Of a stretch of 64,000 bases of DNA, positions 1-13,290 are shown one piece after another. Origin of the DNA: Eledone cirrhosa (Eukaryota); contig OZ024741.1 of the NCBI GenBank assembly GCA_964016885.1, forward strand, positions 86,304,001 through 86,368,000. Reading direction: 5' to 3'. The notes beneath the pieces are model-generated. The model was not told where the DNA came from. It was given only the letters and a program-made list of their open reading frames with translations, and made no database searches. A program made the translations under genes and the position numbers. Position 1 is the stretch's first letter, and each line of letters begins with the position of its first letter.

Positions 1-3000
1 CATAAAACTTGCTGGGGTACAGCACCTCTCTCTCCATTCTGATTCTTCTTCCAAAGTGGTATTTGAAAAAAAGAATCAGTTGTTGACCGGAGAGAAAGGT
101 GTCTGACCTCAGCCTTTTCAACCTTGTCCATCATACAACCTCTTTCGCCATAGCAAAAACCGCCTCTCCTTCATTTTTGAAGGAGGGTGGCGGCTTGATC
201 ATGACAATGGACTCGGTGGTCAACTGGATTGGTCCCACCCGCGACAATAGTCTACAGGTCGGTGATGCCCGGGCAGTGTATGAATGCATGCGCGACAGTT
301 TCTTCGTCTCGCACGCACCTCGGACAGATCTTTTTTGCAGGGTCCCTGCCCGGGCGCCTATGTCTGTAGAGCTTGTCTCGAACTGGTAGAGCTCCTCGGT
401 AGCACTGCCAGGCCAGGGACTTTTGGAAGTTGTCCATCGGTCCCTGGCGGAAGGTCCTACCGAACAGGCTGGCCAGTTCGTCTTCCTCTACGCCCAGAGT
501 TTCACCGAGCTCGTCGTCGCACTTGCTGCAGATCAACCCTCTATAGAATGACGAAGTGGAGTCTCCACTGATTGCCGGGTACGCCTGCCAGAGAGCTGTG
601 AGCGCCTGAGCAAATTCGATGTGCCAGTCGCCCATTTTCCTCGGTCTTTGCTTGATCCAGGACTGCAGCTCGGTCAGCGAGACGAGTCGTGGGAAGGCTC
701 GCCTCACGAACGGGGCCCACACCGGTTGTCTGGTGAGGAATACGTAGAGATGCCGAAGCCTGAGTGCGTGTTTGCGCATCGTCAGCCACGGCATCCCCAG
801 CCTTCCGTTGGAAGGGCGTTGGCAGCAGATGGATCTTCTCACCATAGGAGCCCGCCTCTTCCAAAGGAATTGGAAGAGCGCGCGCTCCATTTTGGCGAGT
901 GTTTGGGCTGGACAAGGCACGACGTTCAAGCGGTAGTAGATGGCGGACGCTATAAAAGTGTTCGCCACCTCCGCTCGACCTTTCAAGGATAGTTTGCACT
1001 CAGCCCACTTCTGGGTGAGTGCAAACACCTTGGCCGACACCTCGTTCCAGTTCTTCTCCACCTGGAGGTCCGGACCAAACCAGACCCCGAGCAGCTTTAC
1101 TGGTCGTTCCGTCCAGCGTCCGACGGCGCCATCGGAAGGCATTGGTCTGCCTCTCCATGATCCGAGTTGCAAACCCATGGACTTGTTCAGCTTCGCTCCT
1201 GTGAACCTTTCGTATTCCTTCAGTAAGGTGCCGACTTCCTCGATTTGCGAGGCGCTCGACACCATTACTGTCACGCCACTTTCCGCAGTCCCGGTTCCAG
1301 AGGGACGCCCTGCAATAGCTCCAACTTTCGCAGTAGTGGCTCGAGAGTCAATATACAGAAGGGAGGAGAGAGGGCATCCCTGTTGAATGGATCGCGCGAT
1401 ATGGAACGGCTCTGAAAGGTAGCCGTTCACCTTAACCCTTGAGTAGATGTTGCTGTTATGCATTGCAGCAATCCAGCCCCTGAACACGGGTCCGAAGCCT
1501 GCCGCCTTGAGCACCGCATCCAGGTAACGATGGTTAGCCCTATCGAAAGCCTTAGACTGATCCAAGTTGATCAGGGCCCCACTGAAGCCGGGTTTACACC
1601 CTACCCTCTCTATGATGTATCGCATGAGGTGGAGGTTGTCGTGTATGGACCTGGTCGGGATTGCGCATCTCTGCGCTTCTCCCACCAGGTTCCCGACGAC
1701 AAGCGCCAGCCTCTTTGCCAACACCTTGGCCAAAATCTGTAACTCTGTGTTTAGCAGAGTTATGGGTCGGAAGTTGCCTATGTCATCCCCCTTATTCTCG
1801 TCCTTCCTGACTAGTGTGACCACGCCCCCGGTTACAGAACTGGGAATTCTCCCGTTCTGTTGCCAGTTGCAGTAGACCGCTTCCAGGAGACCGGAGAATA
1901 AGTCCGGCATTACTACGTAAAATTCGTAGGGTAGACCGTTGAGACCTGGAGATTTGCGTTTGCCGCATTGGCTCAACACGTCCTCTATCTCAGCGGCTGA
2001 AATCGGCTTTTCGCAGAACTTTGCCTCGCTGTCCGAGAGTCGCGATAGGCCGTCGAGGTATGGACCGAAATCCATAGCCCCTCCTGGGGCGCCACCCTGC
2101 CTGAACAGCTGAGCAAAGTGTCGCTGAAAGGCCGCACACATCTGCTTCGGCTCACGTATCACGCGTCCGTTTTGGTCCTTCAAAGACCGAATCGTGGACT
2201 TGCTGCCACTTTTTGCCTCCGTCACCCGGGCCCAGCTAACAGCTTTGGCTCCCTCGTTTCCCAGAGCACGTATTTTGCTTCCGATAACGCAGCCCTCATG
2301 CTTTGCGTCGAAGAACTGGTCCAAGGCCGTTCTCGTTGCTAGCACGCTGGCTACGTTGCCACTTCTAATTGCCTCTTCTACTTTATCTACCAGTTCTTTC
2401 TCGGTTCTATTTCTATCTAATGCTAATTCTTTACTAAAAACTAACGAGTCTAATCTAACTGCCCTCTTGAGAGAGTACCACCATCTGTTGTTGACAATGG
2501 CCCCTGTCAAGTGCTGTTTAACTAAAGTGCTAATCCGTCTACTGTAGGCTTTGCATGTCGGTAACGACAAGTTCAGCTTCCAGTAGCTGGGTCCTTGTCT
2601 ATGGGTTCTATCAAGGTTGACCATGCAGGTCACTAGTTTGTGATCTGAATAGGCAACCATGAACATTTGTGGACAGCTTAACATGCCCCTATCCTTATTT
2701 CTAACTAGAACCCTATCTAGGTACGATCTAGATGTTCTGCTGCGATTAGTCCACGTCCACAGTGGCACAGTCGGAAAATCTAATCGATATCTATCGGCCA
2801 GGTCAAATCGGCCGATTAACTGTTTGAGGATGTTACACCCCCCACCTTTATCAGGACATGCTCCCACATAGTCCCAACGTGCATCTAGGAATCCATTCCA
2901 GTCCCCCACTAAAAGCAAGGAGCGGGACGTTGCCAGAAAAGTCTCTAAACGTTTGAAGAAGTCTGGCCGCGGTGTCCCGGATGGGGCATATGCGGCCACC

Positions 3001-4475
3001 AGCCTGAAGGCTCCACCTTCACTACCGTCAACGTCTAGGACCACCAGTCGATCCTCCGGGTCCAGATGTACCATCTGTGTTACGAGGCACAGGTGTTTCC
3101 GCAGCAAAACGCAACCCCGACCCCACCCCCGGCTGACAGAGAGATGCATAGATCTCAAAGTCATCGAAGATGGGGGCCAGCTGTCGCTCACTGTGGATCC
3201 TGGACTCGCAAATAGCTACTACATCCATACTGTGCGACCTGAGGTCGTTTAAGAGTTTGCCCTGTTTCCAGGGCATCCCCAGGCCGCGTACATCCACACA
3301 CCCAACTCTTATATTGGCCATGTTGGTTCTGAAAAGTTAAAAGAGAAGAAAACACTCACCTCTTCGTCTCCCGGGGATCAGGCCGCACGGTTTCCATGGG
3401 GGTGTTAAAGGAGTTGTCTGGGCGGCTGGTGGTTTCCGGCGGGGTGGGGATGTCTGGGGTGAGGGTGGGGAAAGTTTTTAAAAGGACGCGGTTAATGGGT
3501 TTAACACAAGTATTACCCACGTCCTTAGGAAAGTTTTCCTTTAAAGACTTATAGGTGTCCGTAGGCACCCTAATCATCTTTAAATTAGGTTTGTCTACAC
3601 AGTTCGAAAAAGTTTTCCCTTCAGTTTTCACCGAAGGGTCGTTGGAGATGACCTCCATTAAAGTTTTGTTTTTACTGTTTATGTATGTGTAATGTTCTTG
3701 TTGTGTTGCGGTGGTTTTTGTCTGTTGTTCTTGTGGGAGCTTTCGTTTTGTTGTAGGTGTTTGTGTTTGGATTGATGTCGTGGTTTTGTTTTCGGGACGG
3801 GGGGTTTTTGTTTGTAATGTTTGTGTTGTTTGTGTTGGTGGTTGTATATTTGTAGTGATGTTTGTTGTTTTTTTGTTCTTATGGTGTCTTTTCTTCTTTC
3901 TTTTCGAATGGAGAGGCTCTCCCTCATCATCACTTGGTGATGATGTGGGAGCCTCGTCCGTTGTGGTGTCTGTGTTATTTGGAAGGGGTATGTTTTAGGG
4001 AGCTGTTGTTTGTGGGTGCTTTTGCAGTGGTTTTAGGTGGAGTGGGGTTGGGTGGGACTGTGCTTGCAGGTTGGTTTGTTGTTCTTATTTTGGTTGTTTG
4101 TGTGTTGTTGTGGTGGTGGTGGTGGCTGTGGTTGTGTTGTTGTTTTGGGTTTTGGCAGTAGTGCCTCTTTTTTTTTTAGTTAACTGAGGACAGTAAGCCT
4201 TCAGGTGACCACTGCTTAAACAGTGGTAACATGAAGGCCGCCTACCCTCAACAGAAATGTTTATGTGTGAAATTCCATCCAGAGGCACACGTTGGGGTAT
4301 TTTAGCTATCCGTTCTGGCCTCATTTGGACCAGAACTTCCATGCTTGTACCATTGAATGTGCCTCTGGAGGACTTTCCCACCGAAATGATGGTGTCTTCG
4401 ACGAAATCGATGAAGCCAGTTAGAATCCACCAGACGTTTACATTTGGTGCAATGTTCAAAATTTTTATTTTTTGA
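1..4475 (-). mobile_element. Tx1/L1-clade LINE, copy 1: ORF1 remnant plus ORF2 (APE endonuclease, RT, Cys-rich C-terminus); runs off the window start; inactivated
   Basis: ORF2 starts at ATG 3321 (MANIRVG...NDLRS...AICESRI) and frameshifts into the 979-aa ORF, which has VGDWN, SYLDR, SDH, KSPG, FRPITLLN, LDQSKAFDR, QGCPLS and CPRC...H...C. The ORF1 remnant at 4085-4459 has the zinc knuckle CYHCLSSGHLKAYC, followed by a low-complexity linker. Confidence 0.92.
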
Positions 4476-4559
4476 GTCAGTGATCACTGTCACTCTGGCT
4501 ACACTAAATGATCCCTTGTGTCCTCCACAAAATTCAAGTTGCAGTTCTCTTTTTCTTCA

Positions 4560-5000
4560 AGAAGGATAATTAACACCATTGCAGTAGCTATCAGGACATC
4601 TGTTTGATAGATATTACTGCCAAGATATTAACCATAATTCTACTTCGAAGATTTCAACACAAGAGTGATCAACCCAATCAACTAAAGTTTGACTTTTGTC
4701 TGAGTCCAAGTTTGCATAGATCAAATGTTCACAGTGAGAACAATGCTTGATCTACCAACAACAAACTATTACCTGTTTTGTGGACTTTGCAGCAGTTGAT
4801 GATTCTGTCAACTGCTGTGTGCTCTGGGATATCATGATAGTAGAGGGCTATTTTTGAAGCTGCTGAATCTAATTAGGGTATTTTACAACTGTACAAGCAA
4901 TGATACAGTGTTACAGTGAGGAATCTAACCCCTTCGAAATTCAACCAGGTGTCTAGTTGGGTTATGTACTATCTTCAACACTCTACAACTGTTATCAACT
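4560..5000 (+). mobile_element. Highly degenerate RTE-like RT fragment
   Basis: Decayed FVDF..A.DSV and GV..G.VLS.TLYN-like motifs. Confidence 0.4.
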
Positions 5001-6031
5001 ACCAAGTACTTGTTGGCACCATTCTATTATATGCCTATGAGATGTGACTAAAGAGAGCAATGGACTCATGCAAGCTGGAAGTATTTGATCACTTTTTGCC
5101 TTTGCAGAATCTTTCATATTCACACGTTGGATTTTGTGTCAAATTGAGAAATTTGTCATCGCTTTTGGATAGATTCTCATCATCAACTCTTGTTTACAAG
5201 TATGAGGATTGTTGACTGGGTTTTTGTGAGTCCTTCAGTGCTTGCAAGTAGAGTCACAGGTATTTTTGCATGCTGTTGTAACTTCATGAAACATGAGTGG
5301 GGAATACAATTGAACACTTCTCTTAATTAAGCCATTGACACAAATAGTTTGGGTGTTGGACTCATGGTCATATGGTTGTGGGTCCGATTCCTGGATTGAA
5401 CAGCATGTGTTCTTGAGCAAAATGTTCCATATCATGTTGCTTTTCATGTTACTTTTCATGTTAGGACATCAAAACACCCCAAAAGTGTCATATGAGTTGC
5501 AACTTTGTAGGAGGACAATTAAATCTATATAGACATGAGCTGTAGATTTCATTTCTTTATTCATTGTAAGGTTTCTGCTGTTTTCTCACTTCAGACAGGA
5601 CAGTTTTATTTATCAAAAAATGTTTAGCACATCCCCATATACTAAGTTTCTCCAATGCTAGCAACTTTTTTTTTAATCATTTAGTCAAAGGAAGGATGGC
5701 AGTGCTCATGATGCTTTATTTTTTCAGGGACCATGAGATTGGTAGGAAGAAGGGAACAAGTTATCCTTAAATTGGAGACATAGCCCATGTCCTTGCAACA
5801 GAGTGAACTCCATTAAAGTATTCAAGTATTAAGAGGTGCTATTAAATTCAGTGATGAGTTAATTCTACCCCCTAAGAATTCAGAACTGCAAAAATGGCAA
5901 CATCTTATACCAGAATCCAACTATTAGATCTCTTCTTTCTGTCTTCCAGGAGTTGCAACCTGCAGATAATATCAGTAATGGAAAGACCAATAGAAACATT
6001 TTGTCCTTAGTCTGATCCTAAGTCTGAATTA

Positions 6032-7747
6032 CACCGTGTAACAAAAACATTTTTTTTCTCTGTTCCTGACTTGTAATCACTTTTTTGTGTTGCTGAGGTT
6101 CCAAATAAATAAAAAAATGCTATTAAACAGTTAAAAGTTTGGGTTTGTAAAAATTCTAAGCTATTCACTAGAATTATTTGTATGCTGGATTTTACGTTGT
6201 ATGTAAGTTTAATTTGCTTATGTTAAATGATTTTTTTATATATGTTTCAGGTTAAATTAAAATTATAAAATAAAGAGTAATACCTAAAGAAAATTATAAA
6301 AGTGCAATAAAGTATAAAATTGTTAAAAAGGGTATTAAAGAGATTTATTGATACTGGATTTTCGCACCCTGAATAAAGGTTAAGTTGTGTTTTAAGCATT
6401 CATCTCCAGGATGAAGCAGTGGAACTTGGTCAAGGAGGAAGTGCAGGTGACAAGTCAGAGAAGTCGACACAAACCTTTCTCAGGCTTTTACACTCTTAGG
6501 GATGGCCTCTGCTTCTGCCATGACGTTATTGGGGTGCCGTTTGTGCCCAAGGAGTGGCGGCTATTTATAGACAGCTCCACCAAGTTTGAAGGCTGTCCTC
6601 CTTCACAATGGAAACAAGTTCCCGACACTGCCCCTAGCTCATTCAGTCTGCCTGAAGGAAGATTACTACAGTGTGAAAGTCCTCTTGGAAGCTCTGCAAT
6701 ACAACCAGTACAATTGGGAAATCATTGGAGACTTCAAGATGGTGGCTTTCCTGCTTGGACTCCAAGGAGGCTTTATCAAATTCCAATGCTTCCTCTGCCT
6801 TTGGGACAGCAGAGCCATCTCTGACCACTACAAAAGAAAGAACTGGGAGCAGTGAACAGAATTTGTAGTTGGGACCCGGAATGTCATGTGGGAGCCACTG
6901 GTTGATCCCAGGATTGTGCTCATGCTGCCACTGCACATTAAGTTGGGGTTGATGAAGCAGTTTGTGAAGGCTCTCAACCAAGAATCAGCCGCTTTTAAGT
7001 ACCTTCTTAAGTTCTTCCCCAAGTTATCTGAGGCCAAAATCAAAGGTGGAATTTTTGTTGGACCTCAGATAAAGAAGGTGTTTGAGTCTACTGAGTTCTC
7101 CAATAAGCTCAATAGGATTGAGAGAACAGCATGGAACTGTTTCAAGGCAGTTGTTAAGGGATTCCTGGGCACTACAGAGCTGAAAACTACCAGCAACTGG
7201 TGCAGGATCTGATAAAGGCTTTTGGCGTCATGGGATGCAGGATGTTGCTTAAACTCCATATGCTGGATGCTCACCTGGAAAAATTCAAAGACAATATGGG
7301 CGCCTACTCAGAAGAACAAGGCGAACGATTCCACCAAGATGTGAAAGAGATAGAGCGGAGGTACCAGGGCCACTACAATGAAAAAATGATGGGGGCCTAT
7401 ATCTGGGGGCTAGTGCGGGAATGCGACCTGGACTACAACTGCAAATCCAAGTAATCCAGTCATTTCTGACTTATATAAGTTGCTTTATAAGTGTTATTTG
7501 TTTTTACTTGTTTGCTTTTGATAAGTTTGTGTAATAAAATAAATATATACTCTGATTTAATTATATGAACGGATAAATTTAAAAAGAAAGGGTTTTTTCT
7601 TGAAAAATATGAAAATTTCGAAATATCAAACTCCTGACCACAAACCCAAACTTTCTGATTAAATAATAGTGTTTTTTTTATAATAATGGGATATAACAAA
7701 CCATGAAATGACACTTAGAACCGGGGAAAAAAAAATGTTACACAGTG
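6032..7747 (+). mobile_element. Chapaev3-like (CMC superfamily) DNA transposon; internally deleted, with a frameshifted transposase
   Basis: Termini CACCGTGTAACA... and ...TGTTACACAGTG, with TTA on both flanks (6029-6031, 7748-7750). Peptides WRLFIDSS, KAVLLHNGN, GDFKMV..LLGLQGG, CFLCLWDSR, PLHIKLGLMKQFVKAL and SEEQGERFHQD lie in several frames at 6400-7454. Confidence 0.82.
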
Positions 7748-9124
7748 TTATTAGATCAACTCCCTTTTCTTTTTACACTTTCCCATTATGTAGCTTTCCC
7801 AAAGCTTTGAAACTTTCAAAATTGGTTATACAAGTTTTACTGTTGTTGTTGGTGCAGTATTTCTTGATTTTATCTAGTTATGATGCGTTCTGTTTGAAAT
7901 CCTTCTTTTCGAAATCCTTCTTTTCATTCCAGATCTTAGGCTAAAATAATTTATCCCAAGAAGGGGCTTTTTTTAAAAACCAAGATATTGTTTTTCTTCA
8001 TCCTTTAGTATACAGCTTGTAGATTAGAAACAAACTTATGGATATCATTGACTCACAGTAGTACCCCACCCCCACCGTTTTCGGTCAGTGTCTTGTGTTT
8101 GTGTATTAAAGTTATTAACTTCTCCTCAAGGGCTTGGTGTGGGTTTTCTCCATACAGTTTTCTGAATTTTTTCCTACGACATAGTTAGGATGCTGTGATC
8201 TTATCCACCTTAAACCTTATGATGGTAATTAAATGTTTGATCCTGCAGTGCAGGTTATGGCTTTCTTCTAGTTTTGTTATCTATCTGGATTAATTATGTT
8301 GCCATATGTCATTACCATATGCACTGCAGGTATTAATAATCTATGTGTTACCACATTTTTATATGGTCTCCAGCAGTATTGTCAATAACTTCTAACATGA
8401 GAGTGGTTAGTTTTTCTCCATATTTAGGCTCCTTTCATTCATGACTGATCATAGGTCGGTTTGCACTTAGAAAGTTCCTCTCTAAGATGCAAGCCTGAAA
8501 CTAGCAGTTTCATATGCATACAGTTGTGCTCTCTCCATGCTACTAATTTGTCCAGTGACGTTATAGGCAAACTCAGACAGAACACAAAGGACCAAAAATA
8601 CAAGGTGTCAGGTTGACTCTCTAACAATTCTGTCCTGGACTGGTACTTTATGGACCTTGAGAAGTTCTAGACTTGGAGCACAGAGAGCTTGAATAAATAT
8701 TGACACTTGAACAATTCTGTCAATTCACCACCTGTTTTTTTCCATAGTCTAGTAAAAAAAAATTTTAAATGGCCTGTTATTTAATTTGAAAAATTATTTT
8801 CAATTTCAATTTGTTTTTAAGCTGTATATAATCCTTAGCCATCTCTGTTGAATCAGATTCATTGTGGAGATTTATGAGAGTTGAGTGATGGGGATGATGG
8901 AACTGGTTTGTTTATATTTTTTATTGCATTCTTTTTATGACAGCTTTTGGAGGAACTTAGAAAATTAACTGGCATCATTAGAGTTTGGTTAATAATTGCT
9001 AACTGACACTATCATCATCATCATCATGATTTAACTTCTATTTTTCATACTTGCATGGGTTAGACGAGTTGTTTTATTCTTTTTCTTTTTTCTTTTCTTT
9101 TTTCTACCTTATCTTTTTCATCTC

Positions 9125-9335
9125 CTCCTCCAACTTATTCCCGCTAGGGTCATGGGGGCAGACACTTCTTCCAGTGGGTCTTGGCAGAAGCAACCATCTC
9201 CAACTTGTTCAGCTGGATCCCCAAGCAAGACCAACCAAGCTCATGGATGTTATCCAACCATCTTGCTCGGGGTTTATCCCTAGGTCTCCTGTTGGTTGGT
9301 TTTGCCAGTAAAATATGCCCCGGTACTGGTGCACA
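9125..9335 (-). mobile_element. RTE-clade LINE 3' fragment
   Basis: LLAKPTNRRPRDKPRARWLDNI; same family as 11310-12025. Confidence 0.7.
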
Positions 9336-9359
9336 CAAGAATTGATAATATAGTTAGAG

Positions 9360-10190
9360 AGACTTCCATCAGTACATGCCACTGTGATGCATATAATAGG
9401 AAGATTGAGCTGAGAGGCAGATATAGTTCATAGTAAGGTAGTTTTGCTCTGGGAATTCTGTGCTTGCTGCAGTCAAATGCATGAATGTGGTGGAAGTTAA
9501 AAAGAATGAAAAGTAGAGGTATGTGTTGTTACATGTGACAATGATAAGATCATGTATAGAAGGAAGTATATATACCAGTGCAGTTAGATCTCTATTAGGT
9601 TAAGAAATGAAACAGGTAGAGACACCATGCAAGCTACTAGCTTCATGCTTTATGTTGACAAAAGATCACTGGTGCATTACATAGGAGTGCAAGTCTTAAA
9701 TAGTTCTTAGTGTGGAGTTAGAAGCTAAATTAATAGCAAATGTAAAGGTTTTATCAGTAGTAGCGTTGCATTCAGAGTGATTTTGTTGAGTATTGGTGAG
9801 TACAAAGTTGGCAGAGATCCTCTTGGAAGAAAATCAAAATGTGAAAAAGTATTGGTTGCAGCTTGTTAATGAAATGGCTTTCTGTTTGCAGTCTAGTATA
9901 TTTTAGCAAGGTTGTATATGTGAGGGTATCATAAGAAATCATCTTAGATTCTGAGGTCTAGCATTCATAGTGACTCAGAGGGCATAAATCGTGTTGTTAA
10001 TGTGTAGTGAGAGTATAATGCAAGACCTTTTCCATAATAGTATAACATTTATGTTTGTGCCATTGTAAGCAGCTAGACTGTTCAGTCCACATTTAAGAAT
10101 GTTTCCCGGTCTTTAGTCATAGAAGCCACAAGATGACTGTTACATATGGATAACAAGTTTAGAAGGTTAACAAGTTATGTGTGGCATCAA
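9360..10190 (-). mobile_element. Very old CR1/Jockey-like ORF2 remnant
   Basis: Only a decayed 'TTDKTFTFAINLASNSTL' segment, resembling the DKAELFA..F..NSTL linker. Confidence 0.3.
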
Positions 10191-11299
10191 CTGCATAGGT
10201 GGTGTGTGTGTGTGTTGTTAAAAGTGACAGGAGGAGGAGGAGGTGGTGATAGTGGTGGGTAGGATGAAGGTTGCAGTAAAGTTAAGAGATATCGTTATTG
10301 CAGTTGAACTGAAGTTCAATGGTATTATCTCTATCCAATTTTTATGTATCTCCTGGCATCAATTCTGAAAACTTTGGCTGTTTATTCTATGGAGTGGGTT
10401 TTATTTTATTTGTTTACATTTTGTTACTTTCCTTGTTAGCTTCACTACTTTTTACTACTGTTGAAATACAATTGCTTATATATATTAAAATTGAAACATT
10501 TTCTCAGTATTTTCAACATAACTGACGGAAATAGTATTCATGTTGGATTGATGCTTGAACTGGTTGGTATTGAGTTATGTGTGTCATTTTTGAAAACATC
10601 ACGGAAACCAGTTGCTATATAATTTATTGTATAATTGATTATATAACTGTGCATCAAAAGTTAGTAATAACAATTGTAAGATGTTTTTCAATTTGTGAAA
10701 ATAAATTTTTACCCCAAAGAAATATATAAACTAATACAATAACAGCTTTTCAAAAGAGGGTACAGCATGAGATATCTTATTTGTTATTGGTAAGCCCTTC
10801 TCCTTTCCCCACTAACAAAATATTGAAATGAATCACCATTTTAATAGTTTTCTGATCAGAGCTAAAAGAGTTGGAAAATGTTTATTAGTACTATCAGCAA
10901 CTAACTGTTGGTCATGTTAGTCTTTGATTCAAGTTATTTTTACAAATTGTTTGCTTTGTTTTACTTTGCCAACGATGGGTTTGTAGCTGATGCAAAATTT
11001 CTGAAAATCCAAACAATCACCTTCATTGAAAATTTTAACTAATTTCTTTTTTACAGATTTATTCTTTGCCAATATTTGGTGATTTTCATTGAAAAGGCAT
11101 ATATCTAAGAGAAAGAACAATGAATACTCTTATCATTGTGTGCACTTTCTAGTTAAATCTAGATAATGATTGGTTAGCCAAAGTTTTGTTTTCTAAGCTC
11201 TTTTAGACAGATAAGGTTTTCTGAACACTACTACTTTTCTCTAGTAATATTTTTTTTAGAACAGTAAATTTATTTTATCCACTCAAATTATCATAATAA

Positions 11300-12025
11300 A
11301 GCCACTTGATAAGTTTGATGTTGAGTGCTGCATGTCTGGAATGAAAATCAGTGCTGTGAAAACTGAGATGTTTGTCCTCTCAAGGAAACCTGCATAGTGC
11401 ACTCTACATGTGGGTGGAGTTACACTGAAGCAGGTGGATAAGTTCAATTATCTTGGGGCTGTGTTCACGAGTGATGGAAGGCAAGAGGCTGAATTAAGTG
11501 TAAGAATAGCCGGAGCTGGTGCAGTAATGTGCTGGCTACAGCATTCGGTCATCAGAAGAAGGGAGGTAGGTGTAAAAACCAAACTCGCTATCTTCAATTC
11601 GATATTCGCACCAACCCTTACCTATGATCATGAATCTTGTGTAATGGCCGAAAGAATACAAGTAGCTGAAATGGGGTTCCTTCGAAGGGTCTTTGGAATA
11701 ATGTTACTGGATAGTGTGTAGCTGAGAGATCAGTCACATCAAGTAAAGCTGCTATTTCTTTGCATTGAGAGATGACAGCTCCGATACTATAGATATGTGG
11801 TTAGAATGTCTCAGGAACGAATTGCTGGACAGATTTTATGAGCAAAGCCAACCAGGAGGAGACGACGGGCAAGAGGATTGGATAATATCCATGAGCTCAG
11901 TTGGTCTTGCTTGGGGATCCAACCAGATCAATTGGAGATGGTTGCTTTTTTACTGGACCTGCTGTAAGGCGTGTTTGTGGACTCTCACCCACTTATACCT
12001 GGGAGGGTCATGGGGGCAAGAAGTT
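11300..12025 (+). mobile_element. RTE-clade LINE 3' fragment (C-terminal RT to end)
   Basis: GMKISAVKTE, LKQVDKFNYLG..FTSDG, PTLTY.HES.VM, IQVAEMGFLRRV. Confidence 0.8.
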
Positions 12026-12841
12026 GCAGTTTAATTACTTATAGCAGTCTTGTCTTTTTGAATTATATTTTTACTATATTTACTCTCAACAGCCCACATT
12101 TTCTGATCATTGCACCATTTCATAAGCTTTTGGTATATGTTCAAGACTAGAAAATTTAATTATTTGGGCTTATGTGGATAATGCAAACCACATTCTGGTG
12201 TCTATTTTTCACTTGAGAAATTAAATGTTAAACTGCTATGCTTTGTAACAAATAGTGTTAATTTGGTAATTTTTAACATTTTGAGACAGGTATATGAGAA
12301 ATTTAATTCAAAACATACTAGAAATTAATAAGTTTTTCACAAGAACATTTTTAGCCTTTCTGTAAAATAATTTTGGGATTACAAAGAAAGAACATATAGG
12401 TTTGACAGTTAAAAAAAAAAAAAGCATATATTTAAAACCGTAGAATCCAAGAAAACTAGTGATGTTCTATGTCGGCAAAAAAGCAATATAAATAATTCAA
12501 ACATTGGGATATATTTTATGTTTTGAGGAAGAAAAGAATTATAACATTTCCTGTTGAAACCTTAGTTGGAGATAAAAATGTCAATTGATATTGAAGGATA
12601 AATAAAATGGGACGGCGGTGGGGAGAGGGATGACAAAGAGGTAATAAATGTTAGTCGAGCAGGGTAACAATGGTCTCCAACAGAGAAAAAATCAAAGGAA
12701 TGCCAACATATTTAAAAACCATTGAGCTGAGGGATAGGGGGTAATGAAACGGAAAGGTTATACAGATGGGTTCTTCCCAAAATGTTTGAATTCTCTTTTA
12801 AACAGCATAAAATCCATTCCATTGTTTGAATTATATACATT

Positions 12842-13290
12842 TTAACTCTTGATACCAAACTGTCAGAAACTGCCCTGGTTCTATGACATAAAACTATGTT
12901 TTAACCCTTTAATGTTCAAACCGGCCAAAGCCGGCCAGAATTCTCTACCTTTTTCTGTTGAAACTGGCTGTAACTGGTCACTCAAACTGATGTTAAGGTA
13001 TTGTTCTCAAAATAAATCCTTTCAAAATCTCATAGATTCGATATTATGTGAGATAAAGCATTTACCAGGAAAATAAAATAGTATATATAATAGAAAATAT
13101 AATAGCAATGTGAATGCTAAAGGGTTAAAGAGTTTATATTTATCTAAAAACCTTCCTCCAATAATTTTATGTAAGAACATTAAGTTATGTTCCAAACACC
13201 AACTTAATAAGGAGAAAGTTATATTATCACTTCAAATCCTTGATAATGTTCAGAATATTTCATTAGATACATGGTAGTAGATACTTTCTA
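12842..13290 (+). mobile_element. TTAA-type (piggyBac-like) MITE family A, interrupted by a family B copy
   Basis: About 250-bp repeat TTAACCCTTT(T)GATACCAAAC...ATATGGTAACGAAAGGGTTAA. Other copies lie near 13615, 16719, 21315, 25660, 26103, 37815, 43830 and 54890 (+), and near 49991, 51286, 62760 and 63060 (-). Confidence 0.65.
12905..13124 (+). mobile_element. TTAA-type (piggyBac-like) MITE family B
   Basis: TTAA|CCCTTTA...TAAAGGG|TTAA; further copies at about 13930-14117 (+) and 25154-25381 (-). Confidence 0.75.

Noticed and set aside
3679-4161. Val/Cys/Phe-rich plus-strand ORFs that look like membrane proteins
   Set aside because: They are antisense translations of the low-complexity LINE ORF1 linker.
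5894-6000. AAAATGGCAACATC as a possible MED1 start exon
   Set aside because: There is no convincing phase-1 donor or similarity to MED1, so it is unsupported.
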